Source of the DNA: Trypanosoma brucei
Lineage: Eukaryota
Assembly (NCBI GenBank): GCA_000002445.1
Contig: CP000068.1
Location: 800,001-864,000, forward strand
Length of the DNA: 64,000 bases
Reading direction: 5' to 3'
In this document: piece by piece, positions 1 to 11,300 of the stretch
Numbering within the stretch: position 1 is the stretch's first letter
Layout of the letters: every line of letters begins with the position of its first letter
Translations under genes and position numbers: made by a program
Notes under the pieces: model-generated
What the model was told of the DNA's origin: nothing
The model's input: the letters and a program-made list of their open reading frames with translations, nothing else
Database searches by the model: none

Positions 1-164
1 AAAGGGAAGAGGAGGAAGAGAAAGAAGAAAAGGTGTACCAATACACAATAAAAAAAAAAAGGACAGTGACGAACTTCCAGAAAGAGAAGTGTAAAAAAAC
101 AACAAAAATAAAATATTAAACAGTTCAGGATTTGTGCTGTTACGGTGAGTCCCAATTACATTTC

Positions 165-2062
165 ATGAGCAGTGAGCCAACTGTTGATGAATCATCTAAG
201 CAGCATTGTAACCAGTTAGCCGTCCCAGAGGCTGCGGTAGCGCCAACAGAACCCCAACACACCACCAATTCTCATTTAAATGACGGAAAGGAAGTAAGTG
301 TGCAACTCGGGGAGCTTGACGAAACACCAGAACATTTACACCCTCTGGTTCATCAAATTAATACATTAAATGAGTGTGATCTCCTTCACATTGCTGAAAT
401 AACGGAATATGTCGTCACTCGAGATGTCTATTCGAGTTTACCATGCCGAGGTGGCAGTTGGTTCCTGCCAGAGGTACGTAACGTGGAGGATAATGAACCG
501 CAGAGGTGTCTTTCATGCATTGGTCGCGGTACAGTTTGCGTGACAATTTGTGGGCGGCGCATTATGTTTCCCATCCTGAGGATGTGTTTGTGTGCGATGA
601 TAATTGCCCTTGTGTGGTTTACGCTCTGGAATGCGTTACCACATTCCTTGCTTGAGCCCGGTGGGTATATTTGGGATACGGCTACTATTGTAATTGTTTC
701 TTCATTCCTCGGTGGCTTAGTATGCCGAGTATTACAGCTTCCAGCACTTGTAGGAGTTCTTTGGGTTGCCATTGCTTGGAATAATATTCCTTACGAGGGG
801 TATCTAACATCAGGTATCGGGTTAGGTATAAAAGACATTTCTTCCAAATTTGGTCTTACTGTGATCATGGTGCGTGCCGGGTTCTCCGCCTACTTAAGTG
901 GTATCGCTCTTCACTGGAAGCATACGCTAATGCTATCATTTATTCCTTTTGCCCTTGAAACAGTCGCGCATGCACTTATCGCCAGCGCTGTTTTCCCCTA
1001 CTACGATTTTAACTGGGCCGTTGTGCAAGGCTCAATTTGCTCTATTGTATCGCCTGCCGTAGTGGTACCCGGTGTGCTTTATTTACAAAATATGGGTTAT
1101 GGTCGTGGCTCTGGGCCCCTTTCTCTCATGGTGTCATCAGTGGGTATAGAGGTGGCAGTTGGGGTTTGGCTTGCAAGCACTTTTTTGGAGAGGATATTTT
1201 TTCAGCAAAGCCTCTTGACTTTCGGGCTTGTTGGTATTGCACAGCTTTTTGGTGGTGCGGGTCTCGGTATAATACTTGGGGTTGCCTTCTTCTACTTTGT
1301 GGAGTTATTTAAAGGCGATGTGCAACGACTTCCGAATGGTAAATTGCAGAAGAAATATCTCTTTCCCGTATTAGACCTGGTCACGTTTGTATTCCTTACA
1401 GTTGCCGCCCTTTTGGTTTTTTCGGGTATGCCGTTAGCCTTGCCGGTGGAGGTTGTATTGCATGCGTATTGTTTGCGAGCACAATGACTCATATGTGTCT
1501 GAGGAAAGGTAATCCAGAATTGGAGGCGCAAAGGAAATATATTGGTAAACGACTTGCACAAGTGTGGGACAACTTGATGATGCCCATCCTTTTCGCCATG
1601 ATGGGAGCAAAGTTAAGTACCGCATCTGTATTTAGCAGAGACTTCTTTCCAAAAGTCCTCGCATGTTTCTTTGGAAGTACGGCTGTTAGATTGGCCGCAA
1701 TATTTATTGTTCAAACTCGCTCTGGATTATCACTGCGGGAGAAACTGCTTGTTTGCGTGGGTTACTGTGGTAAAGCCTCAGCACAGGCATCACTTGGCCC
1801 CGTAGCGACCGCTTTGGTGGCTACTAAAATGGCATCACTTTCTGATGGAGAAGAACCGAGTGTTGAACTCTTGAAGATGAAAAAGTTCGCAGAAAATGTG
1901 CAGCAGGCATCCGCTACATATGTCATGTTTCTGGCAGTTGTGGCTTCTGTGGGACTCATGCGCGGTGGTTTGGCGCTGTTTCAAAAGCAAGAGAGAAGAC
2001 TTCGGGAGGGATCTGAACAGGATAGCGGAACCAGGGAGGAAGAAATGGAACAGAAGGTGTAG
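165..2062 (+). pseudogene. Cation:proton antiporter (CPA/NHE)-like polytopic membrane protein. The reading frame is interrupted: the N-terminal part (165..1487, frame 0) and the C-terminal part (ORF 1469..2062, frame 2) overlap at 1439-1487.
   Basis: The 132..1487 ORF encodes about 10 hydrophobic helices, including a 'SIVSPAVVVPGVL' segment that resembles the CPA 'ATDPVAV' helix. The next ORF, in a different frame, continues with more TM helices ('MMPILFAMMGAKL', 'AAIFIVQ') and a hydrophilic tail. Together they are about 630 aa, the size of a Na+/H+ exchanger. Frame 2 has a stop at 1436-1438 and frame 0 stops at 1485-1487, so the frame change must lie within 1439-1487. The first in-frame ATG is at 165; the ORF-track start at 132 is TTG. 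Confidence 0.5.
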
Positions 2063-2720
2063 CACATTTAAAGGAGCCACAACAACTTTTAATTTTTTTT
2101 TTTGTAGGGAAGCGGAGACGGGAATTACCTTCTAGGGGAGCCGCTACGAGTGTTGCTTGTGGATGATAAAAAGTGAGTTTTGTGTTATAATTGAGGGACG
2201 TCGTTTTGTTTCAATTAAAAAAAATTCTTGAAGTTAGATGCCAAATTCAATTTGAGCATGGCAAGCGTATTTAGGATTGTTTTTTTTTTAAATTATTCTC
2301 CCTGTTTTTTTTAAAAACCAGGTATAGTGCGTATCTGTTTCTTTTCTTTTTTTAAAAAAATTTCCTCTCGAAATTATATTTAAATATTTTGTTCTCTCAA
2401 AAATACGTTGTGTATCTTCCCAACCTCTCCAGCCTTTACTGTTTTCTTTTTTTTTTTCTAAAAATTACTTCCTTTCTATGTGTATTTTGCGTCGTTTCTT
2501 TGTTTGTTTGTTTCTATTTTATTGTTTAGAGGCTACTGCGCTTACCATTGTCTTAACATCTGCGTGGTTCCCCAACGGAAAAGGGGTTTAAAGTATCTGC
2601 TAACACTATTATATGAGCGATTACTTACGACCTCTTTTTTACTTTTTTTTTTTTCCTCCCTCCCTCCCCATAATAAATATGTTGTATAATTTTTTATGAA
2701 TAAGTGGTGGTATACAAAAA

Positions 2721-2958
2721 AACAGCAACAACAACAATAGTAACAATAACAATAACGAACAACAGCAATAAAATCATCATCATCATTATTTTTTTGTTCC
2801 CTCTCTCTCTATACGCACATCCAATCAACTGACATTTGGTGTGGAATACTTAAGTAAATACACTTTACAGTTGTGTACACCAATTAACTAAATAGCTCTC
2901 TGTTGTTATTGTTGTTGATTTATTAATAATAATAATAATTGTTGTTGTTGTTGTTGTT
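2721..2958. repeat. Inverted pair of triplet microsatellites: (AAC/AAT)n at ~2721-2790 and (GTT/ATT)n at ~2901-2958.
   Basis: 'aacagcaacaacaacaatagtaacaataacaataacgaacaacagcaataaaatcatcatcatcatt' is followed about 110 nt later by 'tgttgttattgttgttgatttattaataataataataattgttgttgttgttgttgttgtg'. The second is an approximate reverse complement of the first. Confidence 0.6.
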
Positions 2959-3477
2959 GTGCGTGTCTGAATTTCTTCTTTCCTTATATTTCTCACTAGA
3001 AAGAAAAAGGAAAGGTGAGGCAACGTCATTACGAGCGAAAGAAACGTTGTTTAGATAGCATTAATAAATAAATAAATTTATTAACACGCCGCATTTACAT
3101 TGGATAGATAGCACAAGGAGAGGGGGAGGAAAAAAACAAACAAACAAACTTGTGAGGATCACGTGAGTGGTTGTGTGCCGCGTATTGTAAAGAAAAGAAG
3201 TTTTGTACACAAACGGAAATTATACACCGCGGTGCACAAGAGTGGTGATTTTACAAGAGCTGAGAGTTTAAAGAAAGAAAAAAAACGACAAAAGAAATTA
3301 GGAAGAGAAATAACAACAAAGAGGTGTACGGTAGCGGTAATACCGGCGCGCAACGATATTGGGAAGATTATATATACACACATATACACACACATATATA
3401 TATATATATAGTTTTTAGCATATAGATAAATTTATTTATATATTTCTTACACGTATACGAAGAAAAAAAAGAAGGAG

Positions 3478-3503
3478 ATTCCTTTTTTTTTGTTCACTCA
3501 GCA
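3478..3503 (+). promoter_or_regulatory. Polypyrimidine tract plus AG, a candidate spliced-leader trans-splicing acceptor region for the gene starting at 3555.
   Basis: 'gattcctttttttttgttcactcag' lies about 50 nt upstream of the first ATG. This is the typical kinetoplastid pre-mRNA processing signal. Confidence 0.45.
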
Positions 3504-3554
3504 AATTGCGAAAGTAGTGAGACTCATCAAGCAGAAAAGGAGGCATTGCATCCG

Positions 3555-5642
3555 ATGTCTCGACGTGTATTGTGGGAATCGGTTCGGCAGGAGGCACGTA
3601 GCAGGGTTGAAGGCGTCAATGCATCACCCATCAGCACGAATGGAATAATAGAGGCACGAGATAAAAGTGATGGTTTGATTACATACGAGGAAGGTGGAGG
3701 CGTCAGCGGCGTTGCAAACGATAATGAAGGGGGATCTCACGGTAAAATCGGGAATATGGCCACAGTGTCACAAGAGAATCGGGATACACAAAATCATGCA
3801 ACTGGTTCACACGATAGCATAATCGCCAGTTGTGATATTAGTTGCATTCCAAAAGATAAGCACGAGTTGCACGGGCCTCCTTCGCACCTTTCACGTTGTG
3901 GATCATCTCCTGAAGCTGAAGGAAATTGTTCCGCTACCGCAGACCCAACGCAGTCGCATTTAACGGATCTGGCTATTTCTGTGCTGCTGGAAACGGGAGG
4001 GGATACACATCAAGACAAGGGTTACAATACGGGGCTTGATGTAAACAACAGCCGCTTCAATAGTTCGGCTACAAACAACATACATCGAGAGCTGGCGCAG
4101 GAAAAACAAAAAAACATTGCTGCTGAGCAACGATTGCTGACGCTGGAGAAGAAAATCAGGGCCCTGCGCGAGGAGAATCAGCATTTACTACTTTCTTCCG
4201 CCACAAATGCAACTGACAGGAAGATGATGAAGGGCGCGACTTCGGCTTACGCTGAGGGTGAAGTTGTTGGCCATGGTGTGCAACGTGACTTTGCGGATGA
4301 AGTTACAGACACAGCTGGGGAAGAGCTACTAGCACTGAAGCGGCGTTGTGATGAGTTGGAGGTTCGGCTCGGTGAATTAACGGCACAGGTGCGACAGAAG
4401 GACCAAGAATTAGAGCAGAAGGAAAATCGAATAAGGCAATTAGAGCACATAATTGCCAACGATCTAATTCGCCGATCAGCGGATGTGAACAAAGAAGAGA
4501 ATACTCAAGGCAGAAGTGAGGGGGTCGGCCGCAGCTCCCCAAAAGTTGAATTTAGTGTGAAAAAAGACGTACCCGGGAAGAAGAACAGCTCAACCCAAGG
4601 AACAAACGGTGTAGTGAGTAGAGAATCACCAACGACAGCCGCTGCCCGCGAGACGGCTTCGTCCACAGCTGCAGCTCCACCCGGATTGAACTTAGGGGAC
4701 TTGCGTTCAGTCGAGGCTCTGCAACGACTGTTACTGTCCAGCATTGAGGCTACTAACTTATTGGTCGATAGTTCAAGAGTGTCTAAAGGAAAGGAAATGG
4801 ATACCTTATCGGTGCCCTCCTCCCTCACGCACGGGTCGTCGCATCTTGCCGAAGGGTACACGCGTGTGAGTACTTCAGATGTCAAGCAGCGTCCCCTCCG
4901 CGTAGTGAGACAAGGGGAAATAGTAAGCCATTCAGCGACCTCTAGAGCTTCATCAGCTGCAGGTGTGCGTGCGTCTCCCAGTCGCCATGGAGCGAGACAC
5001 CGCGCCTCCTCCGTCCCCGGAAGGTGCAGTGAGTCGCGTGCCTCTTCAGTGAGGGCAATTCGACAGAGAGGACCATCGAGTGATTCGCCCATGCGAGAAG
5101 CAGCGATGTTTGCGCGTATATCAAGCGCCCCCGGGTGTAGCAAAGCAACTTCGTCTCTCTCTTCACGTCGCCCTCCGACCCAAAAGCTTCTCAGTGGTCG
5201 CATTCCGTTACGCTCCACAGAACTCTTTAGCAATGTGACCCATATGAACCGCTTCTCACAGTACCAGAATGCTCGACGAACCTCGCGCCCGGACGCATGT
5301 GCATCCGCCGCCTCGCCAAAAAGTAGCTGCTCGACGAACAAATCAAACGGCCGAGCTCCGAACGTGAAAAAATATGTTACACCTAGGGCCCGTGCTCGAC
5401 CACGAATTGGCGTCGAGGCCACAGCCAGGAGTTTAAAATGCTCACCTCCACAGAAGCCTAGTACAACGGTCATCACCCGCGTTGAAAAGCAACGTGAAAG
5501 AACTCCACCAACACCTGTTCGCCGGGCAGAATATGTGAAAGAGGTGTTATCACAAGACCCATTTGTGTCTGAAATGTTTAAAACAACTTACCGACCCAAC
5601 CGACTGGTGCGGTGCAGCAAAGAGGAAGGGGAAAGTGTATGA
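3555..5642 (+). CDS. Hypothetical protein with a central coiled-coil ('LTLEKKIRALREENQHLL', 'LKRRCDELEVRLGELTAQVRQKDQELEQKENRIRQLEH') and a Ser/Arg/Pro-rich basic C-terminal tail.
   Basis: A 698-codon ORF with its first ATG at 3555; the track start at 3546 is TTG. A polypyrimidine tract lies at 3478-3503 upstream. The ORF is on the same strand as its neighbours. No family recognised. Confidence 0.55.
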   Translation: MSRRVLWESVRQEARSRVEGVNASPISTNGIIEARDKSDGLITYEEGGGVSGVANDNEGGSHGKIGNMATVSQENRDTQNHATGSHDSIIASCDISCIPKDKHELHGPPSHLSRCGSSPEAEGNCSATADPTQSHLTDLAISVLLETGGDTHQDKGYNTGLDVNNSRFNSSATNNIHRELAQEKQKNIAAEQRLLTLEKKIRALREENQHLLLSSATNATDRKMMKGATSAYAEGEVVGHGVQRDFADEVTDTAGEELLALKRRCDELEVRLGELTAQVRQKDQELEQKENRIRQLEHIIANDLIRRSADVNKEENTQGRSEGVGRSSPKVEFSVKKDVPGKKNSSTQGTNGVVSRESPTTAAARETASSTAAAPPGLNLGDLRSVEALQRLLLSSIEATNLLVDSSRVSKGKEMDTLSVPSSLTHGSSHLAEGYTRVSTSDVKQRPLRVVRQGEIVSHSATSRASSAAGVRASPSRHGARHRASSVPGRCSESRASSVRAIRQRGPSSDSPMREAAMFARISSAPGCSKATSSLSSRRPPTQKLLSGRIPLRSTELFSNVTHMNRFSQYQNARRTSRPDACASAASPKSSCSTNKSNGRAPNVKKYVTPRARARPRIGVEATARSLKCSPPQKPSTTVITRVEKQRERTPPTPVRRAEYVKEVLSQDPFVSEMFKTTYRPNRLVRCSKEEGESV

Positions 5643-6888
5643 ATATGATGGTGACAGCTTCAGCTTCTTATGGTTGTATTTTTTGCGTCTTCGTGATCAG
5701 TCGTAGGTGCATTGAGGAAGCACTTTGATGGCGGTAAAAAAAAGAAAAATAATAATGTGCTGGCTTTTAGAAGTCAGGAGCGGCTGTGGCGTATTCTTTA
5801 CCATAGAACTATACTTGTTACCATAGACAGTTGGCGGTCATAACAGGGACGCTATGAGGCAAATGGAAGGGAGCGAAATGAAAAGTTTGCGAGAAGGACG
5901 GTGCAGCGGGGTGGAAACATACATACATAATATACGTATATATGTTCATATATATATATATATATATATGAATTGGTTCGTGTGGTGAGTTCTCTACTGG
6001 GGGGCGGGGGTACAATTAGGTTGTTCGAGTGAAACTTTTTAGTTTCCTCACCCGCGGGTGAGTGATAGCCGGTTTTCATGCACTTTCTTCTTCTTATGCT
6101 TTATTACTACCACAACAATGATAATAATACGTTTGACTCCCCTTGACTCTCTGTGTCTCGTACTCAAATGCTCTTTTGTGGCTCATCCGTCTTGTTCTTG
6201 TTGTTGTTCATCCGCAGCAGAAACGGTTGGCACATATATTTGTATCAATCGTACTTGCTTTCGTTTCTGTTGCGGGAAGTGACCTATGAAGATATTGAAG
6301 GTGCATTTTTTTCTTCTGAATTGTTACAGCCAGTGCTCAGTGTGGTGACTTTAAGGACAGTATTATTTTTATTGGCGCGTTTTGACGTCGTCGGTGCTTC
6401 TTCTGTCTTAGTTTTTTTTTTTCGTTATTCTCCTTCATTTTTTTTCCTCCCTTATGCCGCTTCGTATCATTATTCTCCTTTGCACCATGTATGTTTGTTA
6501 GTTTGTTATGTTCCGTTATTCCTTATTATTCGGCGGGTTATAATGAGAACACAGTGGAGGTTGTGGAGGAGGGGATGAACCTAAAAACGGATTTAAAAAA
6601 CAAAACAAAGGGCTCCCCACGTTTTTTTTTAAAAAAATTATCGTCACGAAAGAAAATTATAATAATGTAAGTATCTTTATTTATTTATTGCTCATGTGTG
6701 CGGAGTTACATCAAATGTTGTCCGCTCCAATTGTTTAATTTCTTTGCACTACTCTCTTTATATGAGTGGGAGCGAAGGGAGCCGTTAAAAGGCGACATGG
6801 TCGCGTCCGTATAGTTCCCTTCAAGAACTCAAACGAAAAAGTTAGAAGAAAAATCAGGAGAAAAAAAAAAGGATTTGTGTTCTGTGAT

Positions 6889-6922
6889 ATGTGTGTGTGT
6901 GTGTGCGTGTGCGTGTACGTGG
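6889..6922. repeat. (GT)n / (GTGC)n microsatellite.
   Basis: 'gtgtgtgtgtgtgtgcgtgtgcgtgtacgtg' in the 5642-8307 intergenic region. A similar GT run lies at 37083-37102. Confidence 0.7.
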
Positions 6923-8306
6923 GAGATTGTTGTTGTAATTTATGTGTATTCCATTTAGTAATTTTCCAAATAACCTTCGTTTTTTAATTATTATTTAATT
7001 TAAAAAAAAAAAGGGAAACGAAGGAAAACAAGGGAGAATTGACTATAACAGCGACGTAATGTGTGTTTGTGTATGGATGGGGGGAAATTCAAGTGGAGTT
7101 TTCATATTGACTTTTGTGTGCTTCAGTCGATAGTGCGTCATAAACTTACTTACAATCAACATTTTGTGATTACGTGGTATCGTCAATGCTCTGCGATTAC
7201 ATTTTCATGCAAAAGCCAATGCTTTATCTTCCCTCTATGCTTCTCATTTTGCAACAGTTTCTGGTCGTAGTATACAAATGTGAATATGTGTTTCAACTGG
7301 TTTATTGTATGAAGTGAGGGAAAAATGCAGAGCGGGTGCTACACTGTTTCGCTTCTTTATGGAAATGTGTTAGTGGTTTAATTCGTGCCGAGTAGTGGAA
7401 ACCTCCGGTGGATATTGCGCTTGACGTTGGCTGTTACACCGCTCAACCATTTTAATGAATATGTGATGTTGCTTTGTATATGTCCATTAATTTGCAGAAA
7501 AGTGGGAAAGTTAGGTCGTTTACCTCACTATGTCTATTAAAATGGCAATAAGAAGAGAGTCACAAAAAAAAAAAAAGGAGGTGCAGCGGTAGTAATGCAC
7601 AGAACTGCCATTGCGATAATTCTGCAACATCATTCATGGGTATATATATTGCAACAAATGTGTTCAGATGATAATGAAGGGGGAAAAAAAGAAAAATCGA
7701 ATTTCATGTCATTACAGAGGAAGGAAGAGGATGGACGAGGTTAATTTATTAGGGCTCAAATTTAGGATAAGTGCAGTTATTAGTTTTTTTTGTTGCTATC
7801 ATTTTCATTTATTAGACGCTGTAGTGGAAAATCTATCATATTTTTGGGAAACTCCTTAGAGTTGCCCCTTTATTCACCTGTTTGATGAAGTTGTACATCA
7901 TCTATGCCTTTTTTCCCCTCTTTTTCCCCCTCGTTTTTTGTGTTATGTTTTTGAACAAACGCCGATTTGAATGCACACCAACAGTGGAAAAGAAAAGTAG
8001 GAGGAGAGACATTTGCTCAACAAGTAGGGAATATTAAAAGAAGGAAAGGGAATACGGAAATAGGCTTAAAACAAAAAGGAGCAGTGCGCTGACACGGCGA
8101 AGAAGAATTAACAATAAAACGTTGGGGCGGTGCCGCTGCGTTTGCTGTCCAGGTGTGCCCTGCGCAAGATATTCATGCGTGTGTGTATATAATCATAAAC
8201 TGGAGGGAAGGAAGGCCACGAACGGGGGTTTTCTTGTCCGTTTTGCTTTCCCGGTTGCGTGACAGTGTGAGTGTGTGCCATTACAGCTGGGCATTAATTG
8301 TAGGAA

Positions 8307-11300
8307 ATGAATCGCAAGGGGTATAAGGCTCTTCCAAGGGAATATGATGAGGGTTTTAGTGAGGAAAGAGTTAGGCATGCATTGAACAAAGATGCTCCCA
8401 GCAAAATATATGAGGAGTTCATTGTGCAGAGGTTGCAGGAAATTATGGAAACTGCTCAGTCTGATTCGAAGAAACCTGCCACATTCGGGCGTGCAGCCGC
8501 CGCAGACGTTTTTTTGCGTCAAGATGCACCCATTACTGTAACATTTGCTATGCTGGCGACTTCGTGCGCGATGCACCCCACTACCGACGTTGTTACGTTT
8601 TCAGTGTTGTTCGCCGCGCTGTACACGTCGTGCATGGCATTGCAGGTACTTCTTTTATGGTTACGCATAACCGAAAAGAGACAGTCAGCTATTTCTGTCA
8701 TGCAAAAAGTCCTCACACGGTGGAAAAAGCGTCTCGTAGAGGGACCACCGAGGGATAAATTGGATCGCCGCACTGTGTTTCGTTTGTTTTCTTCTTTCCT
8801 TCCAGCTAGCGCCTTTCGTATTGTGGCTGTTGTGGATACAACGACGGGGCGGCTAAAGCGTACTCTGAAATGTCTTGTGATGAAAGGGGCTCTTCGACTT
8901 CAAAGGACGACGTTGAAGGTGAGTCGTCACACGGAGCCAATTGAGTTATTTAAACTCGTCGACATCGTGCGAATGATACTGAAGGGTGAAGCCGTGATGT
9001 TGAGATCACTTCCAGATATGGCTCCTCCACCCCGGCACCCAAACGTAACCGTCGACGCCAACATCAATGGTACAGGGGTAGAAGGAAATGACGAGGACAT
9101 ATCAACAGATGAGAGTGATGACGAATACGACACGCGATGTGAGGCGAATAGTGTTCATGCGCTGTCGGTACCGCAACAGATGGCTTTTCTTGTGTATCGC
9201 TTCGTTCTTCTTGCTTGGTTGCTGGGCATCGTGGCGTGTACTTTTTCTGGTTACATATATCACGTACTCACCGATATCCCGCTGAGTGACGGCGTCTTTC
9301 TGAATCCTGCTGTAGCATTACTTGGGTTACTACCTGTAAACGCAAAGTTGCTGAATAGCATCCTCGTTATGTATGCGAATGTGAACCTTGAGTGTCTATT
9401 TCGTCATCTTGTCTCTAAAACCACACACGCTGTTGATGATCGGATTCCGAGACTTCCCTTCCGGGCAACTATGCAAGCTTTCCGCCGTGCCACATCAGCT
9501 ACCTGCAGTCGACCCCCATTATGTTTTTCTTCCTCATTGGTCGAAACACTTGGAACCACAACCGTCGTGGCTCTGCTCGACACAACAGGCGTAGTGACCG
9601 ATATGGTTCCTCTTCCCACACGGTTGCTTATGCTTAAGAGTTACACAGCACCGGAAACCCCCAGTAGCACAAGCAGCACTACAACCAGCGATAGCGATAA
9701 CGACGAATTTAATGGCGCTGCTGCCTTTACAGGTCTTGATCATAGCAATGACCCGGACCCGTTCCTGAGAGCAGCGAACTTTGACCCAGAGTATCGTTTG
9801 GCGTTGAAGCGTCAAGTCCGGCAAAAGAAAACACAGAAGAGGAGGTTCCTGGAGTTGCAACTTGCACCTGGTACCGATGATGATCTTGCTGTGCAGTTTG
9901 CCGACTGCAAGGAGCGGCAAAAGTGGGAAAAGAATGTGGACTCCCTTTCACTGTGTTTGTTGATTCATGCTATGGCACCTGAGCCGACCAAATTCGAAAC
10001 GTGGCAGGAGCCGCTTAGGTTTTGTGACCAAACACCCCGGTGGGGTCCCAGCATACACTGGGTGCCGCGTGCAAGCGAATTCGATGATTCATTAGCTAAG
10101 TCATTTCGAATTGTGGCACGTATATTTCATATCAATACGGTGTCTTGGCCGGGACGCTCCAGAGAGTGCCCGGAACAGACTTGCACGCTCCTGGTGGTCG
10201 CCAGTGATGGTCTATTACACGCATTTACTGTCGGTACCGTTTGTATGGTAACTCACAGTTGCCCATTTCACTTTAACGGCTATGAAATTGAAGGGTTCGA
10301 TGAAGAGTTACGAGAGGAAGTAGTTAATACTGGCACAGTGGTGTGGAAAGACGGAAGAGGATTGGAAACCGTGGCGGCCTCGCACGCTATGCTACCGGAC
10401 AAATTTCGTTCCTGTGCAGAGGCTTTGCCGCGGGAGGACGGCTCGTACGCTGAGTTTTTGTTTTATAATGGGGTGCAGATTACCGCTGAGAACTGTCTAG
10501 CCGAACTTAAGTTGTCTCCATCGGGGGAACCGTCGACAAATGGATGTGAGGGGACAAATGAAGGGGTACCACGCGAATGTTTCCTAGGAGTGCCGACGAA
10601 CACGAATGGTTCAACGCCTGCAACCTCTGAAGCAGACGTTATAGGTGCCATCAACAGCAACGAGAGAGATGCAATCAACGAAGGGAATAGCTTCTGTTGC
10701 AGCAAGGGATTTACAGACATTCATGGAAACTCCCGCCTTTCGTTTGTTCCCACTTCTGTTGAACTACTAGGCGACCTTCTTCATGTTCTTATTAACGGCT
10801 CGCACGCCTTCTTGGGGCTTGTTGGACTTCAGGATTCCATTCGCCCCAATGTACAGAATGCGATGTCAGTTCTTGATGAAGCAGGTATCCGTTGCATGTA
10901 CTTCTGCTCTGACGGTGAAAGGCGGACCAAAAGCCTCGGAAATCGCTTGGGCCTTGAAACGGATTGGAACTGCTGCATTTCTTTGGACGAAGGAGCCAAG
11001 GACCTTGACGCTCACAGCATTCGAGCACAGCTACCAGTGGGGATAAAGTCCATTAGGCGACATATCGTACACGTAGACTCCATTCCATTGCAGGTTAATA
11101 TGTTTTCCCACGCACACAGCGCATCGACGCGTGCGATGCTTTCCATCTTGCAAGACAACCACGAGGTTGTGTCCGCCATTGGGTCGACGTTCAACCATAG
11201 CAACGTTCGGAGCTACATTCAGGCGGACTTGTCTGTTGGAGTTCTTCCGCAGAGGCGCGGAGCTGTAGAAGACAAGGAGGGACTATGCTTAGAAAATCAA

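Noticed and set aside
4505-5476. 323-aa ORF on the minus strand inside the 3555..5642 gene
   Set aside because: It lies antisense to a GC-rich, Ser/Arg/Ala-rich coding segment, which generates long stop-free antisense frames. It is on the wrong strand for this unidirectional cluster, and it has a low-complexity Arg/Ala/Gly composition.
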